Source of the DNA: an uncultured Thermococci archaeon
GTDB taxonomy: Archaea > CAYQAE01 > CAYVLA01
NCBI GenBank assembly: GCA_964549615.1
Contig: CAZJVP010000104.1
Location: forward strand, 1 to 64,000
Direction: 5' to 3'
DNA length: 64,000 bases
The notes below the pieces were generated by a model. That model was given only the letters and a program-made list of their open reading frames with translations, was not told the DNA's origin and did no database searches. This document shows, piece by piece, positions 56,163 to 64,000 of this stretch. The stretch's first letter is position 1. Each line of letters begins with the position of its first letter. A program made the position numbers and the translations under genes.

Positions 56163-57402
56163 CCAGGCGCTGGTCATTGACGAGGGGATAGCCACCAAGT
56201 TGGAATGCGAGGAACTTCTCCGGCACCGGGTCGCCGTGTAGAGTATACACCGCCCTTGGGCTGATGAGCTCTACGAACTGCTTGGAATCGGCGAAGCTGG
56301 AATGCGCCGAGAGATCAACCTCCTCAACGTTGAGGGGGGTCTCCCCGTAGGCTCGCTCTGTTTTGATCCTGTCCGCCATCGTTCCTCGCGGGAAGAAAGA
56401 TGTGGAGAAGATGACCGTGTCGCCCGGGGATGCGTTCTCCAGGTAGAACCTGATGGGCCCTCCCTGGCAGAAGCCTGAAGTGGTTATGACGATGCCGTGG
56501 GGGTCATTGAGGACCTGGTCCCTGACCGATTGATGGACCTCCCTGAAGGCCAGCGGGAAGTCGGAGTCCAGAAATCGTTCATACCGGGCATAGATCCGGT
56601 TCATCTCCCTTATCATGCCGTCGACATGGACGTTTGCAAAGGGGATCTGGGATCGGTTTGCAAGATAGATCTTCTGAAGCTCCTGCGCCCTGCCGAGGGC
56701 GAAGCAAGGAAGGAACACCCGTCGTCCTTGGTCAAGGCTCTCGGAGGTGGCGTGGATGAGGTATCTCTCCCTTTCTGCCCTGGGGGGCCTGACGGTGTCG
56801 CCATAGGTGGACTCTAGGAACAGGGCATCAAGGTCTTTGAGTTCCTCGTGGTCTAGAGCCTCCTGCTTTGCGCCCTTGAAACATCTGGTGCCTCCGACGT
56901 TGAAGTCCGACGTGTAGAGAACCCTGCGGCCGCCTTTCTCCATGTAGACCATGGCCGAGCCCAGGATGTGGTGGCTCTTGATGAACTTGACCGTGCCCCC
57001 GGGCACCGCGATCTCCTCCCCGTAATCAACGGGGATCGTCATCTCCATTACCCTGTCGACGATGGACTCGTCAAGATCCGACCAAGGGCCCTTCGCGAGA
57101 TTGAGCGAGTCGATGAAGAGAACCTTGAGTAGCTCCTTGGTGGGCTTGACGCAGTACACCTCGCCTTGAAATCCAGAGTCCACGATGAAAGGAAGGTACC
57201 CTGAGTGATCGAGGTGTGCGTGTGTGATGAAGATCCTGTGTATCTTCCGGGGGTTCGAAACCCGAGGGAAGAAATCGGCCGGCGCGGGGTCAAGCTCCTC
57301 GGACATCAGTATGCCGCAATCAAGGAGCATATCGTTGTCAACACCTATGCAGGATCGCCCGACCTCCATCCCGCTCCCATGGATCTGTACCCTGATCGTC
57401 AT
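56155..57402 (-). CDS. metallo-beta-lactamase/beta-CASP nuclease
   Basis: EVGRSC, LDCG, THAHLDHSG, HILGS, YTSD, ESTYG, FALGRAQE, LSAH, LHGD. Confidence 0.88.
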   Translation of the reverse strand: MTIRVQIHGSGMEVGRSCIGVDNDMLLDCGILMSEELDPAPADFFPRVSNPRKIHRIFITHAHLDHSGYLPFIVDSGFQGEVYCVKPTKELLKVLFIDSLNLAKGPWSDLDESIVDRVMEMTIPVDYGEEIAVPGGTVKFIKSHHILGSAMVYMEKGGRRVLYTSDFNVGGTRCFKGAKQEALDHEELKDLDALFLESTYGDTVRPPRAERERYLIHATSESLDQGRRVFLPCFALGRAQELQKIYLANRSQIPFANVHVDGMIREMNRIYARYERFLDSDFPLAFREVHQSVRDQVLNDPHGIVITTSGFCQGGPIRFYLENASPGDTVIFSTSFFPRGTMADRIKTERAYGETPLNVEEVDLSAHSSFADSKQFVELISPRAVYTLHGDPVPEKFLAFQLGGYPLVNDQRLVI

Positions 57403-57938
57403 AGGTCAGCGCCTTCTTTCGCTATCAAGGGCTGAAGTCTGCGGTAGACCTTCTCCAACGTGCGGACGTCCGAGACGCAGTGATCTATGATGCGTTGCTT
57501 GGTCTGTCGGCTATGGTTGGCTAGGTAGGTGTTGTAGAGATGCGGTATCTCCCTTCCCGTCAGCGCAGCATTTACCTCGATCCCCAAGACGCTTGCGATA
57601 TGGTCCAAGCTGAGCTTGTCGAACCTGAGCATCTGTCTGCAGTGCTCGAAGATGTCCACATGGCAACCTGGAGCCAGGCCGAGGTCCTTCGCACCCAAGA
57701 TGAGCCTGCGAGAGAGTATGAACGGAAGGTCGAAGGACCTGCCGTTGAAGGTCACCAAGACATCGCACCTATTGATCTCGGCGCAGAGCCTGTCCAAGAC
57801 ACGGCCCTCGCTCCCGGGCGAAGGGACGAAGAAGACCGAATCCTTCCCTCGCCTGCGTATGACCGAGCAGACCAACATCCCAGTGTCGGCAGAAAGCGAG
57901 GTCGTCTCGATGTCCAGGAAGGACTCGCGCACGCCCAC
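57399..57938 (-). CDS. RNase H-like (YprB/RNase_H_2, DEDDh) exonuclease
   Basis: FLDIETT, VTFNGRSFDLPF, HVDI, IIDHCVSDV. Confidence 0.85.
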   Translation of the reverse strand: MGVRESFLDIETTSLSADTGMLVCSVIRRRGKDSVFFVPSPGSEGRVLDRLCAEINRCDVLVTFNGRSFDLPFILSRRLILGAKDLGLAPGCHVDIFEHCRQMLRFDKLSLDHIASVLGIEVNAALTGREIPHLYNTYLANHSRQTKQRIIDHCVSDVRTLEKVYRRLQPLIAKEGADL

Positions 57939-58031
57939 CAGAGGCCAGCAACTCTAATAACTATTACGAGGGATGGATCGGGCGCCGTTTGGCAGAGACC
58001 CCGCCGATGAACGATGCGTAGGATTTATTAG

Positions 58032-59474
58032 ATGACCGCCGGTCGAAGACCCAAAGCCGGGGGCGGTAGCGCGTTGGCTGCAAAGGAGAAGTGCGCAGTA
58101 TTCTCGGCGTACTCTGCCGACTGCGAGACGATGGTGGCGAAGTCCATATACTGCGGCCTGCTTTCGATGCAGCACAGAGGCCAGGAGGCGTCGGGGATTT
58201 GCACCTACGACACGGAGAAGCTTCGCCTACACCGCGGGCTCGGCCTGGTCAGGGAGGTCTTCGACGACGCCGATCTGCAGGACCTCTTCGGACACGTTGG
58301 AATTGGACATAATCGTTACTCCACAACCGGCGAGGCCTCCCCGGAGAACTGTCATCCCTTCCTCATCAAGGGGACCAAGAACGGCATAGCGATCGCGCAC
58401 AACGGCAATCTTGTGAACTCCGAATCGCTCAGATCGTATCTAGCAGGGCGTGGCCACGTTTTCACCTCCTCAACGGACACGGAGCTCATCGCCCATGTGC
58501 TAGCGATAGAGCTGCTGCGCCATGACCTAGAGGAAGCCCTGATCAATACCATGAGGAGGATCAGCGGGGCATACTCGCTCGTCATACTGACCGGAAAGGG
58601 GGAACTCGCTGCCGTACGGGATCCGCTAGGCTTCCGCCCGCTCTGTCTCGGCTCGTGCGGGGAGACCTACTACGTCGCATCCGAGTCCGTGGGGGTGGAG
58701 GCGGCCGGAGGCGCGTTTGAACGTTCGGTTCAACCGGGCGAGATAGTGCTTTTTGGTGATGGCGGACCCAGAAGCGTGAGGCCGTTCCGTGAGAGGAAAC
58801 CGGCTCACTGCATGTTTGAGTACGTTTATTTCTGCCGGCCCGACTCGATCGTCGAGGGAAAGTACGTGCTGCATGTGAGGGAGAGAATCGGCAGGATTCT
58901 CGCTAGAGAACATCCCGTGCAGGCCGACGTGGTCGTCCCGGTCCCAGACTCGGCGAGGACGGCGGCGGCTGGTTTCTCCGAGGAATCCGGCATCCGCGCG
59001 GTCGAGGGGATTTTCAAGAACCGTTACATAGGGCGCACATTCATCATGCCGGATCAACCGATGCGCGAGGAGGCGGTCAGGCTGAAGATGGCCGCGGTCC
59101 GACCCCTCATCGAGGGAAAGAGGGTGGTTCTGATGGACGACAGCATTGTGAGGGGAACGACGACGCGTCAGATCGTCGAGATCCTCAGGAGAGCTGGGGC
59201 CCGGCAGGTTCACGTCAGGATCGGCTGTCCGCCGCTGAAGTGGCCCTGTTTCATGGGCATAGATATGGCGAGCAGAGACGAACTTGTGGCTTCCAAGCGT
59301 AGCGTGGAGTCCATACGGAGGAAGCTGAAGGCGGACTCGCTTGGATACCTAAGCATCGAGGGCCTCGTGCAAGCCATTGGGCTTGGGAAGGACAGCCTCT
59401 GCTTGGCCTGTCTTACGGGCCAGTATCCCGTCAAGATCGAGGATGAACGATACAAGCAGGCGCTGACTTCATAG
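58032..59474 (+). CDS. purF: amidophosphoribosyltransferase
   Basis: KEKCAVF, QHRGQE, GHNRYST, AHNGNL, CMFEYVYF, PVPDS, DDSIVRGTT, CLAC; start may be TTG 58074. Confidence 0.95.
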   Translation: MTAGRRPKAGGGSALAAKEKCAVFSAYSADCETMVAKSIYCGLLSMQHRGQEASGICTYDTEKLRLHRGLGLVREVFDDADLQDLFGHVGIGHNRYSTTGEASPENCHPFLIKGTKNGIAIAHNGNLVNSESLRSYLAGRGHVFTSSTDTELIAHVLAIELLRHDLEEALINTMRRISGAYSLVILTGKGELAAVRDPLGFRPLCLGSCGETYYVASESVGVEAAGGAFERSVQPGEIVLFGDGGPRSVRPFRERKPAHCMFEYVYFCRPDSIVEGKYVLHVRERIGRILAREHPVQADVVVPVPDSARTAAAGFSEESGIRAVEGIFKNRYIGRTFIMPDQPMREEAVRLKMAAVRPLIEGKRVVLMDDSIVRGTTTRQIVEILRRAGARQVHVRIGCPPLKWPCFMGIDMASRDELVASKRSVESIRRKLKADSLGYLSIEGLVQAIGLGKDSLCLACLTGQYPVKIEDERYKQALTS

Positions 59475-59482
59475 GTGGTCGG

Positions 59483-60835
59483 ATGCAGAAGGTGTTGGTC
59501 GTGGGAAACGGGGCTAGGGAGCATGCGATCGCTGAGGCCCTGGCCCGAAGTCCTCAGAAACCAGAGCTGTACTGCTACGTCACGGCCCGGAACCCGGGGA
59601 TCCTACGCATCGCACGGGGATACCAGATCGGGGACATTAGAAAAGGAAGTGAGGTGGCTTCCTATGCGAGCCGCATGGGCATAGACATCGCGGTAATCGG
59701 GCCCGAGGGTCCGCTGGAGGCCGGCGTGGTGGACGATCTGGAGAGCGCAGGGATAGTGTGTGCAAGCCCATCGAGGAAGGCGGCAGAGATAGAAACTAGC
59801 AAGCTCTTCGCAAGGTGGCTGATGGACAAGTACAGGATTCCGGGGAGGAAGGAGTGGAGGGCATTTGAGGATCCCCGGGAGGCAGAGAAGTTCATCGACG
59901 AGATGGCCAGGCCCGTTGTCGTTAAGCCAATAGGTCTGACCGGCGGGAAAGGGGTGAAGATAGTCGATCCGAGGGTGTCCGGACAGCTCAAGGATCTAGA
60001 GGAGGCCAAGGCGTACGCGAGGAAGGTAATCGAGGAAAGGATAGGAGGCGCGGCGAAGGTCTTGGTCGAGGACCTTCTCATCGGCGAGGAGTTCACGCTG
60101 CAGGCCTTCGTCGACGGCAAGCACCTGGTGCCAACCCCGATCGTGCAAGACAACAAGTTCGCCTACGAGGGTGACACGGGTCCTTTCACCGGGAGCATGG
60201 GGTCGTTCTCGGACAGCAATCACCTGTTGCCTTTCATGACGGCAATGGACTTTTACGCCGCGCTGCAGGTGATGGAGAGGACCGTGGAAGCGCTCAGGAA
60301 AGAGGGCCTGCGGTACAAGGGTGCTCTGTACGGCGGATTCATCCTGACGGCGGAGACCCCCAAGGTTCTGGAGTTCAACGCCAGATGGGGCGACCCTGAG
60401 GTCATCAATGTGCTGCCCCTTTTCGAAGGGGACTTCTTGGATGCCTGCTGGGCAATGGCGGAGGGCAAGCTGCGCAAGTTGGTTCCGAGCTTTAAGAACA
60501 AGGCGACGGTCTGCAAGTACGTCGCGCCCCAGGGCTACCCGATCGATCCGGTGAAGGGCGGCAAGGTGGAAATTGGCGACCTGGGAAGTTCCAAGGCCCT
60601 CATCCACTTCGCCTCCGTCGACGAACGCGATGGAGAGATCTTCATGAGCAGCTCTAGGGCCTTGACCTGTACCGGCATAGCCGACACCATGGTCGAGGCG
60701 GAGAGGATCGCCGAGGACGCCATATCGAGGATCAGAGGCCCCGTGTTCCACAGGCCGGACATAGGCACCAAGCGCCTCCTGGAGAAGAGGGTCTCCCACA
60801 TGAATCGGATCAGGCGTGGACGGGCCAATGGTTGA
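59483..60835 (+). CDS. purD: phosphoribosylamine--glycine ligase
   Basis: VLVVGNGAREHAI, IGPEGPL, GLTGGKGV, EGDTGPFTGSMG, EFNARWGDPE. Confidence 0.95.
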   Translation: MQKVLVVGNGAREHAIAEALARSPQKPELYCYVTARNPGILRIARGYQIGDIRKGSEVASYASRMGIDIAVIGPEGPLEAGVVDDLESAGIVCASPSRKAAEIETSKLFARWLMDKYRIPGRKEWRAFEDPREAEKFIDEMARPVVVKPIGLTGGKGVKIVDPRVSGQLKDLEEAKAYARKVIEERIGGAAKVLVEDLLIGEEFTLQAFVDGKHLVPTPIVQDNKFAYEGDTGPFTGSMGSFSDSNHLLPFMTAMDFYAALQVMERTVEALRKEGLRYKGALYGGFILTAETPKVLEFNARWGDPEVINVLPLFEGDFLDACWAMAEGKLRKLVPSFKNKATVCKYVAPQGYPIDPVKGGKVEIGDLGSSKALIHFASVDERDGEIFMSSSRALTCTGIADTMVEAERIAEDAISRIRGPVFHRPDIGTKRLLEKRVSHMNRIRRGRANG

Positions 60836-61919
60836 ATCGGACCTTGAAGGGCCATGGGTGAAGGCTGACCATGCCTTCGATTCGGTTGCGAAAGCGGTGC
60901 CTAATGGGGATCGCGTCTTCCAGGTCATATCCTCCTACGATGACGTGCGGTTCTTGGTCGAGAAGGCGCCGGGGTACGAGGCAGGCGATACTCTCAAGCT
61001 CATAGCGCCACTTCTCGTTGCGCATGGAGCCGACGAACGATTCCTAAGGCAAGTCGCCGCCTCGCCCGACAATACTACCGTGATCCCCGGGGCAAGGGAG
61101 GCGATACGCTACATCAGGCGCAGCGACCCCTTCTATCTCATATCCACATCCTATGAGCAGTACGTCAACTTCATCTGCTCCTTCCTCGGAGTGCCGAGAA
61201 GGAATGCATTCTGCACGAGCTTTCCAATCGATCGCCTCTCGGCGGGCATCCGGGAGAAAGATATCCGCATGGTCAAGGATTGGACGCGCAGGATAGCCGC
61301 GATGCCGCTCATCGCAGTGGATGATTCAGGGATGTTGGTGGATTCCTGCCGGGAGGCGAAGGAAGCTCTGGACGAGTTCTTCTGGAAGATTCTCCCCGAG
61401 AGTTCGTTCGCGCAACTGATGCAAGCGGTGAAACCGGTGGGGGGAACCAGGAAGTATGAGGCTCTCCTCAGGGCTCTGTCCCGGGAAGGAAGGTCGCTGG
61501 CCGAATCGAAGGTCATCGGCGACAGCATCACCGACAGCGTCATGCTTTCCAGGGCAAGGGACGCCGGGGGCCTCGCTGTTTCTTTCAACGGCAACAGATA
61601 CTCAATCCGGAATTCGAACGTCGCGGTGGTTTCCGGAAACTGCTGGGCGACGGCGGCCGTGCTTGAGCTATACGGGATCGGCGGGCACGAAGCGGTGAGG
61701 GAGGCGGCGTGCGAATGGGATTTGGGGGTCTTCGGTCGGTTGGAGTCCCGGGGCCTCTTGACGGCCGATCTGGCAAAGGAGCTTCGAATGGCGTTCCCCT
61801 CGGCAGAGTCCTTTCCAAGGCTCTACTGGCTGCAGGACGCTGATGTGGAAGCTGTCATCGCCGAGAGCGAGACCTTTAGAAAGAAGATCCGTGGGACCAG
61901 CATAGGTGCGCTGGGCTAG
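60828..61919 (+). CDS. HAD-superfamily hydrolase, EhaR-like family
   Basis: DLEGP, YDD, YEAGDTLKLIAP, ISTSYEQY, GDSITD, VSFNGN.YS, RKKIRG..IGALG. Confidence 0.75.
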   Translation: MVESDLEGPWVKADHAFDSVAKAVPNGDRVFQVISSYDDVRFLVEKAPGYEAGDTLKLIAPLLVAHGADERFLRQVAASPDNTTVIPGAREAIRYIRRSDPFYLISTSYEQYVNFICSFLGVPRRNAFCTSFPIDRLSAGIREKDIRMVKDWTRRIAAMPLIAVDDSGMLVDSCREAKEALDEFFWKILPESSFAQLMQAVKPVGGTRKYEALLRALSREGRSLAESKVIGDSITDSVMLSRARDAGGLAVSFNGNRYSIRNSNVAVVSGNCWATAAVLELYGIGGHEAVREAACEWDLGVFGRLESRGLLTADLAKELRMAFPSAESFPRLYWLQDADVEAVIAESETFRKKIRGTSIGALG

Positions 61920-62830
61920 CACCCATCGGCGAGCTCTTCGAGCTGCTTTCTGGTCGGGAGGCCGGCCCGGGCTCCCAACTTCTGGACGCAGAACCAGGCA
62001 ACCTTGGCCCCGATCCTGCCGCAGTCGGCCAAGCTCATTCCAGTCATCAACCCGTAGATGAACCCAGCGTTGAAGGCGTCGCCTGCGCCGGTTGTGTCCA
62101 CCCCCCTGCCTCCGTAGGCAGGGACCCTTTCCTTGATGGTTCCGTCGGTGATGTAGCATCCCTTGAGCCCCATCTTGACCGCAACCGCTCTTGCCCCCAT
62201 CCTCAGCAGTTTTCTTGCACCCTCTGCTGGAGCTAGCCCGGTCATTAGCCGAAGCTCCCTTTGGTTGGGAAGGACGACCGCACATTTCTCAATTATGGGC
62301 TTCAGAGCAGCCAGTCCCCTTTCGGCGTAAAGTTGGCCTGGGTCCAGGCTCAGTGGGATTTCGATTTCCTGCGCAATGGCAAGCTGGGTTCGAAGCGAGA
62401 GGTCGGTCGATTTGCAGACGAAGGAGGTCATGTGGAGCAGGTCAAAGCTCGCGAGGTACGCCAGATCCACGTCCTGCAGCGAGATGCAGTCGTTCACTCC
62501 GGGGTCGATGAGGAGGGCCCTTTGGCCTTGCCTGTCCACAAGGGACAGCCCGGCTCCCGTCCTGCCCTCGCAGACAACGATGCCGCTTGTTTCCACGCCC
62601 TCGGCCGCAAGATCCCTAAGCATGGCAGAGCCCTCTGGATCTCTTCCAACTTTGCCCACATAACCGGTGCGCATGCCAAGCCGGGAAAGGCCGACGATGG
62701 TATTTGCGGCCGATCCCCCGGGGTGCCACTCCACGGAGAGCACGAAACCTTCCTCCTCCGCCGACGGTATCTTGTCGACCAACGCGATCTTGTCCATGTT
62801 CAGCGCGCCAAACCCCACTACGCCAGGCAC
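61916..62830 (-). CDS. PfkB family carbohydrate/nucleoside kinase
   Basis: GFGALNMD, PGGSAANTIVGLSRLG, DPG, DTTGAGDAFNAGF. Confidence 0.9.
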   Translation of the reverse strand: MPGVVGFGALNMDKIALVDKIPSAEEEGFVLSVEWHPGGSAANTIVGLSRLGMRTGYVGKVGRDPEGSAMLRDLAAEGVETSGIVVCEGRTGAGLSLVDRQGQRALLIDPGVNDCISLQDVDLAYLASFDLLHMTSFVCKSTDLSLRTQLAIAQEIEIPLSLDPGQLYAERGLAALKPIIEKCAVVLPNQRELRLMTGLAPAEGARKLLRMGARAVAVKMGLKGCYITDGTIKERVPAYGGRGVDTTGAGDAFNAGFIYGLMTGMSLADCGRIGAKVAWFCVQKLGARAGLPTRKQLEELADGC

Positions 62831-62921
62831 GGTCCCCCGTGAGGGAGAGGTCTCTTATAGCTTCTTGTTGGTAATGGGCAAATCCGTCAACATTTTTCTG
62901 TAACACTTTTCCCGGCTCTAG

Positions 62922-62981
62922 CGAAATATTTATATTCTCTTAGCAAAAGATTGAACAGCGCCGAAGTATTATACAATAATA
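62922..62981 (+). promoter_or_regulatory. BRE/TATA plus downstream palindrome
   Basis: CGAAATATTTATAT at 62922-62935; TATTAT-ACA-ATAATA at 62967-62981. Confidence 0.5.
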
Positions 62982-63018
62982 TGCAATACCATCCTCGGAC
63001 GGTTACGAGGCGACCGAT

Positions 63019-63648
63019 ATGCTGGGCATGGGTAAGGAGAGCAGGACTGCGGACGACTTGACGAAGAGAGTCGCTCCACCCAAGAAAAAGGAGGATGTGC
63101 CGATGGCATCGGAGAAACCCATCTCGTCGGAAAGGGAAGGTACAACCTTCATCTCCGAGATCGACAAGGAGTACATAAAGGCGCTCATCAAGCTCAACTA
63201 CGCCGAAGAGGCACGCAGGCTAGTGGACGAGGCTTACGCAAAGATGAAGAGGGAGCCGGACAGCCTTCTTACCGAGTCGGAAAGCCAGGAACTAAGAAGG
63301 CTGATCGAAGCCGGGAATACACAGAGAGCCGCCGAGCTGCTGGAAGAAGCGTACGAGAGGGCTAGGAAGTTCCAGGAGAGCTTTCTCACCCCAGTGGACA
63401 AGGAGTACATCGACCTCCTGCAAGAGATGGGGGAAAGGGAAAAGGCAAAGATGGTCCTCGACAAGGCCAAGGCGGCGTTCGAAGAGAGGAAGAAGGAAGG
63501 AGAACTACATCTCCTGACCAAGATCGACCAGGAGTACGTGGACTACCTCATGGAGATCGGCCAGAGGGAGAAGGCTCGGTCGCTGGTTGACAGCATCTAC
63601 ATGAGCAGGAGAACGGAGAACGAGGTCCTCGCAGACTTCATGGCCTAG
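63019..63648 (+). CDS. hypothetical helical protein with four ~39-aa repeats
   Basis: Repeats begin FISEIDKEYI / LLTESESQEL / FLTPVDKEYI / LLTKIDQEYV. Confidence 0.7.
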   Translation: MLGMGKESRTADDLTKRVAPPKKKEDVPMASEKPISSEREGTTFISEIDKEYIKALIKLNYAEEARRLVDEAYAKMKREPDSLLTESESQELRRLIEAGNTQRAAELLEEAYERARKFQESFLTPVDKEYIDLLQEMGEREKAKMVLDKAKAAFEERKKEGELHLLTKIDQEYVDYLMEIGQREKARSLVDSIYMSRRTENEVLADFMA

Positions 63649-63669
63649 CTCCAGAGCCCACTCTCAGGC

Positions 63670-64000
63670 CTAAGTCACATAGATGGGGTTGCTGTAGATC
63701 CACGGTCTGGGCTCGCCGACAAGCTCAACATAGGCCTCCAGGCGGTAGGGCCCCGGTAGCTTGGGCCTGTACTCGAGCGCGTCGGACTTGGCGCTTGCAA
63801 CTAGCTGGCCGTGCCTTTTCAGCATCAGTTCGGCCGGCGCCGGCAGGTTCGCAAACAGGGTGGGCTTCTCCCCTGCAGCCACGCTGTCGCCCATGAGGCC
63901 ACGGTCGCGGTCAGTCTCCCATCTGAAGGAGAACCCCGTCGGATTTGCGAGCCAATCGAACGCGACGTAGCACCTCCCGTTCGAGAGACACTCCATGATC
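63670..64000 (-). CDS. C-terminal part of a probable PHP-domain-associated protein (truncated by window edge)
   Basis: GRCYVAF...PGPYRLEA...WIYSNPIYV C-terminus; the frame runs off the window. Confidence 0.55.
   Translation of the reverse strand, partial: IMECLSNGRCYVAFDWLANPTGFSFRWETDRDRGLMGDSVAAGEKPTLFANLPAPAELMLKRHGQLVASAKSDALEYRPKLPGPYRLEAYVELVGEPRPWIYSNPIYVT

Noticed and set aside
60828-61919. Evidence for an energy-converting hydrogenase
   Set aside because: Only the HAD-like EhaR family protein is present, with no NiFe or antiporter-like subunits.
1-64000. CRISPR arrays, tRNA/rRNA genes, transposases/integrases
   Set aside because: By eye I found no regularly spaced direct repeats, no cloverleaf with a T-loop in intergenic DNA, and no transposase or recombinase motifs.
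1-64000. Numerous long antisense/alternate-frame ORFs in the track (e.g. 8680-9558, 10617-11630, 29426-30346, 52879-54102, 59996-60928)
   Set aside because: These are shadow ORFs expected at high GC. They overlap well-supported genes and have no recognisable motifs.

Overview
This is a gene-dense, GC-rich archaeal chromosomal window. Archaeal markers include FEN1 with a PIP box, RaSEA, archaeal PyrH, an Sm-like protein, MptE and beta-RFAP synthase, plus BRE/TATA promoters. The lineage cannot be fixed from sequence alone. I see about 60 CDS and no rRNA, tRNA, CRISPR array or transposase. Blocks in order: (i) an AAA+/wHTH ATPase; (ii) a methanopterin-type pterin biosynthesis cluster (1.5-8.3 kb); (iii) housekeeping genes (RaSEA, PhoU, pyrH, topA, Lsm, fen, rnhB, purF, purD) and a single-chain PurL with eukaryote-type motifs; (iv) a DUF362/sulfatase-like/Na+:solute symporter block; (v) a 29.5-39.9 kb cell-envelope locus; (vi) an HPrK-like/PEPCK fusion; (vii) a sugar/F420 catabolic block; (viii) a heterodimeric ABC exporter and a nuclease pair. 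Block (v) is the best candidate for an undescribed system. It holds a MacB/LolCDE-type ABC transporter whose ATPase and a neighbouring membrane zinc-finger protein both end in a homologous 69-aa Cdc48-N-subdomain-like module, preceded by three tandem single-TM microproteins, two of which are absent from the supplied ORF track. All family calls come from motif recognition by eye; no database searches were run.
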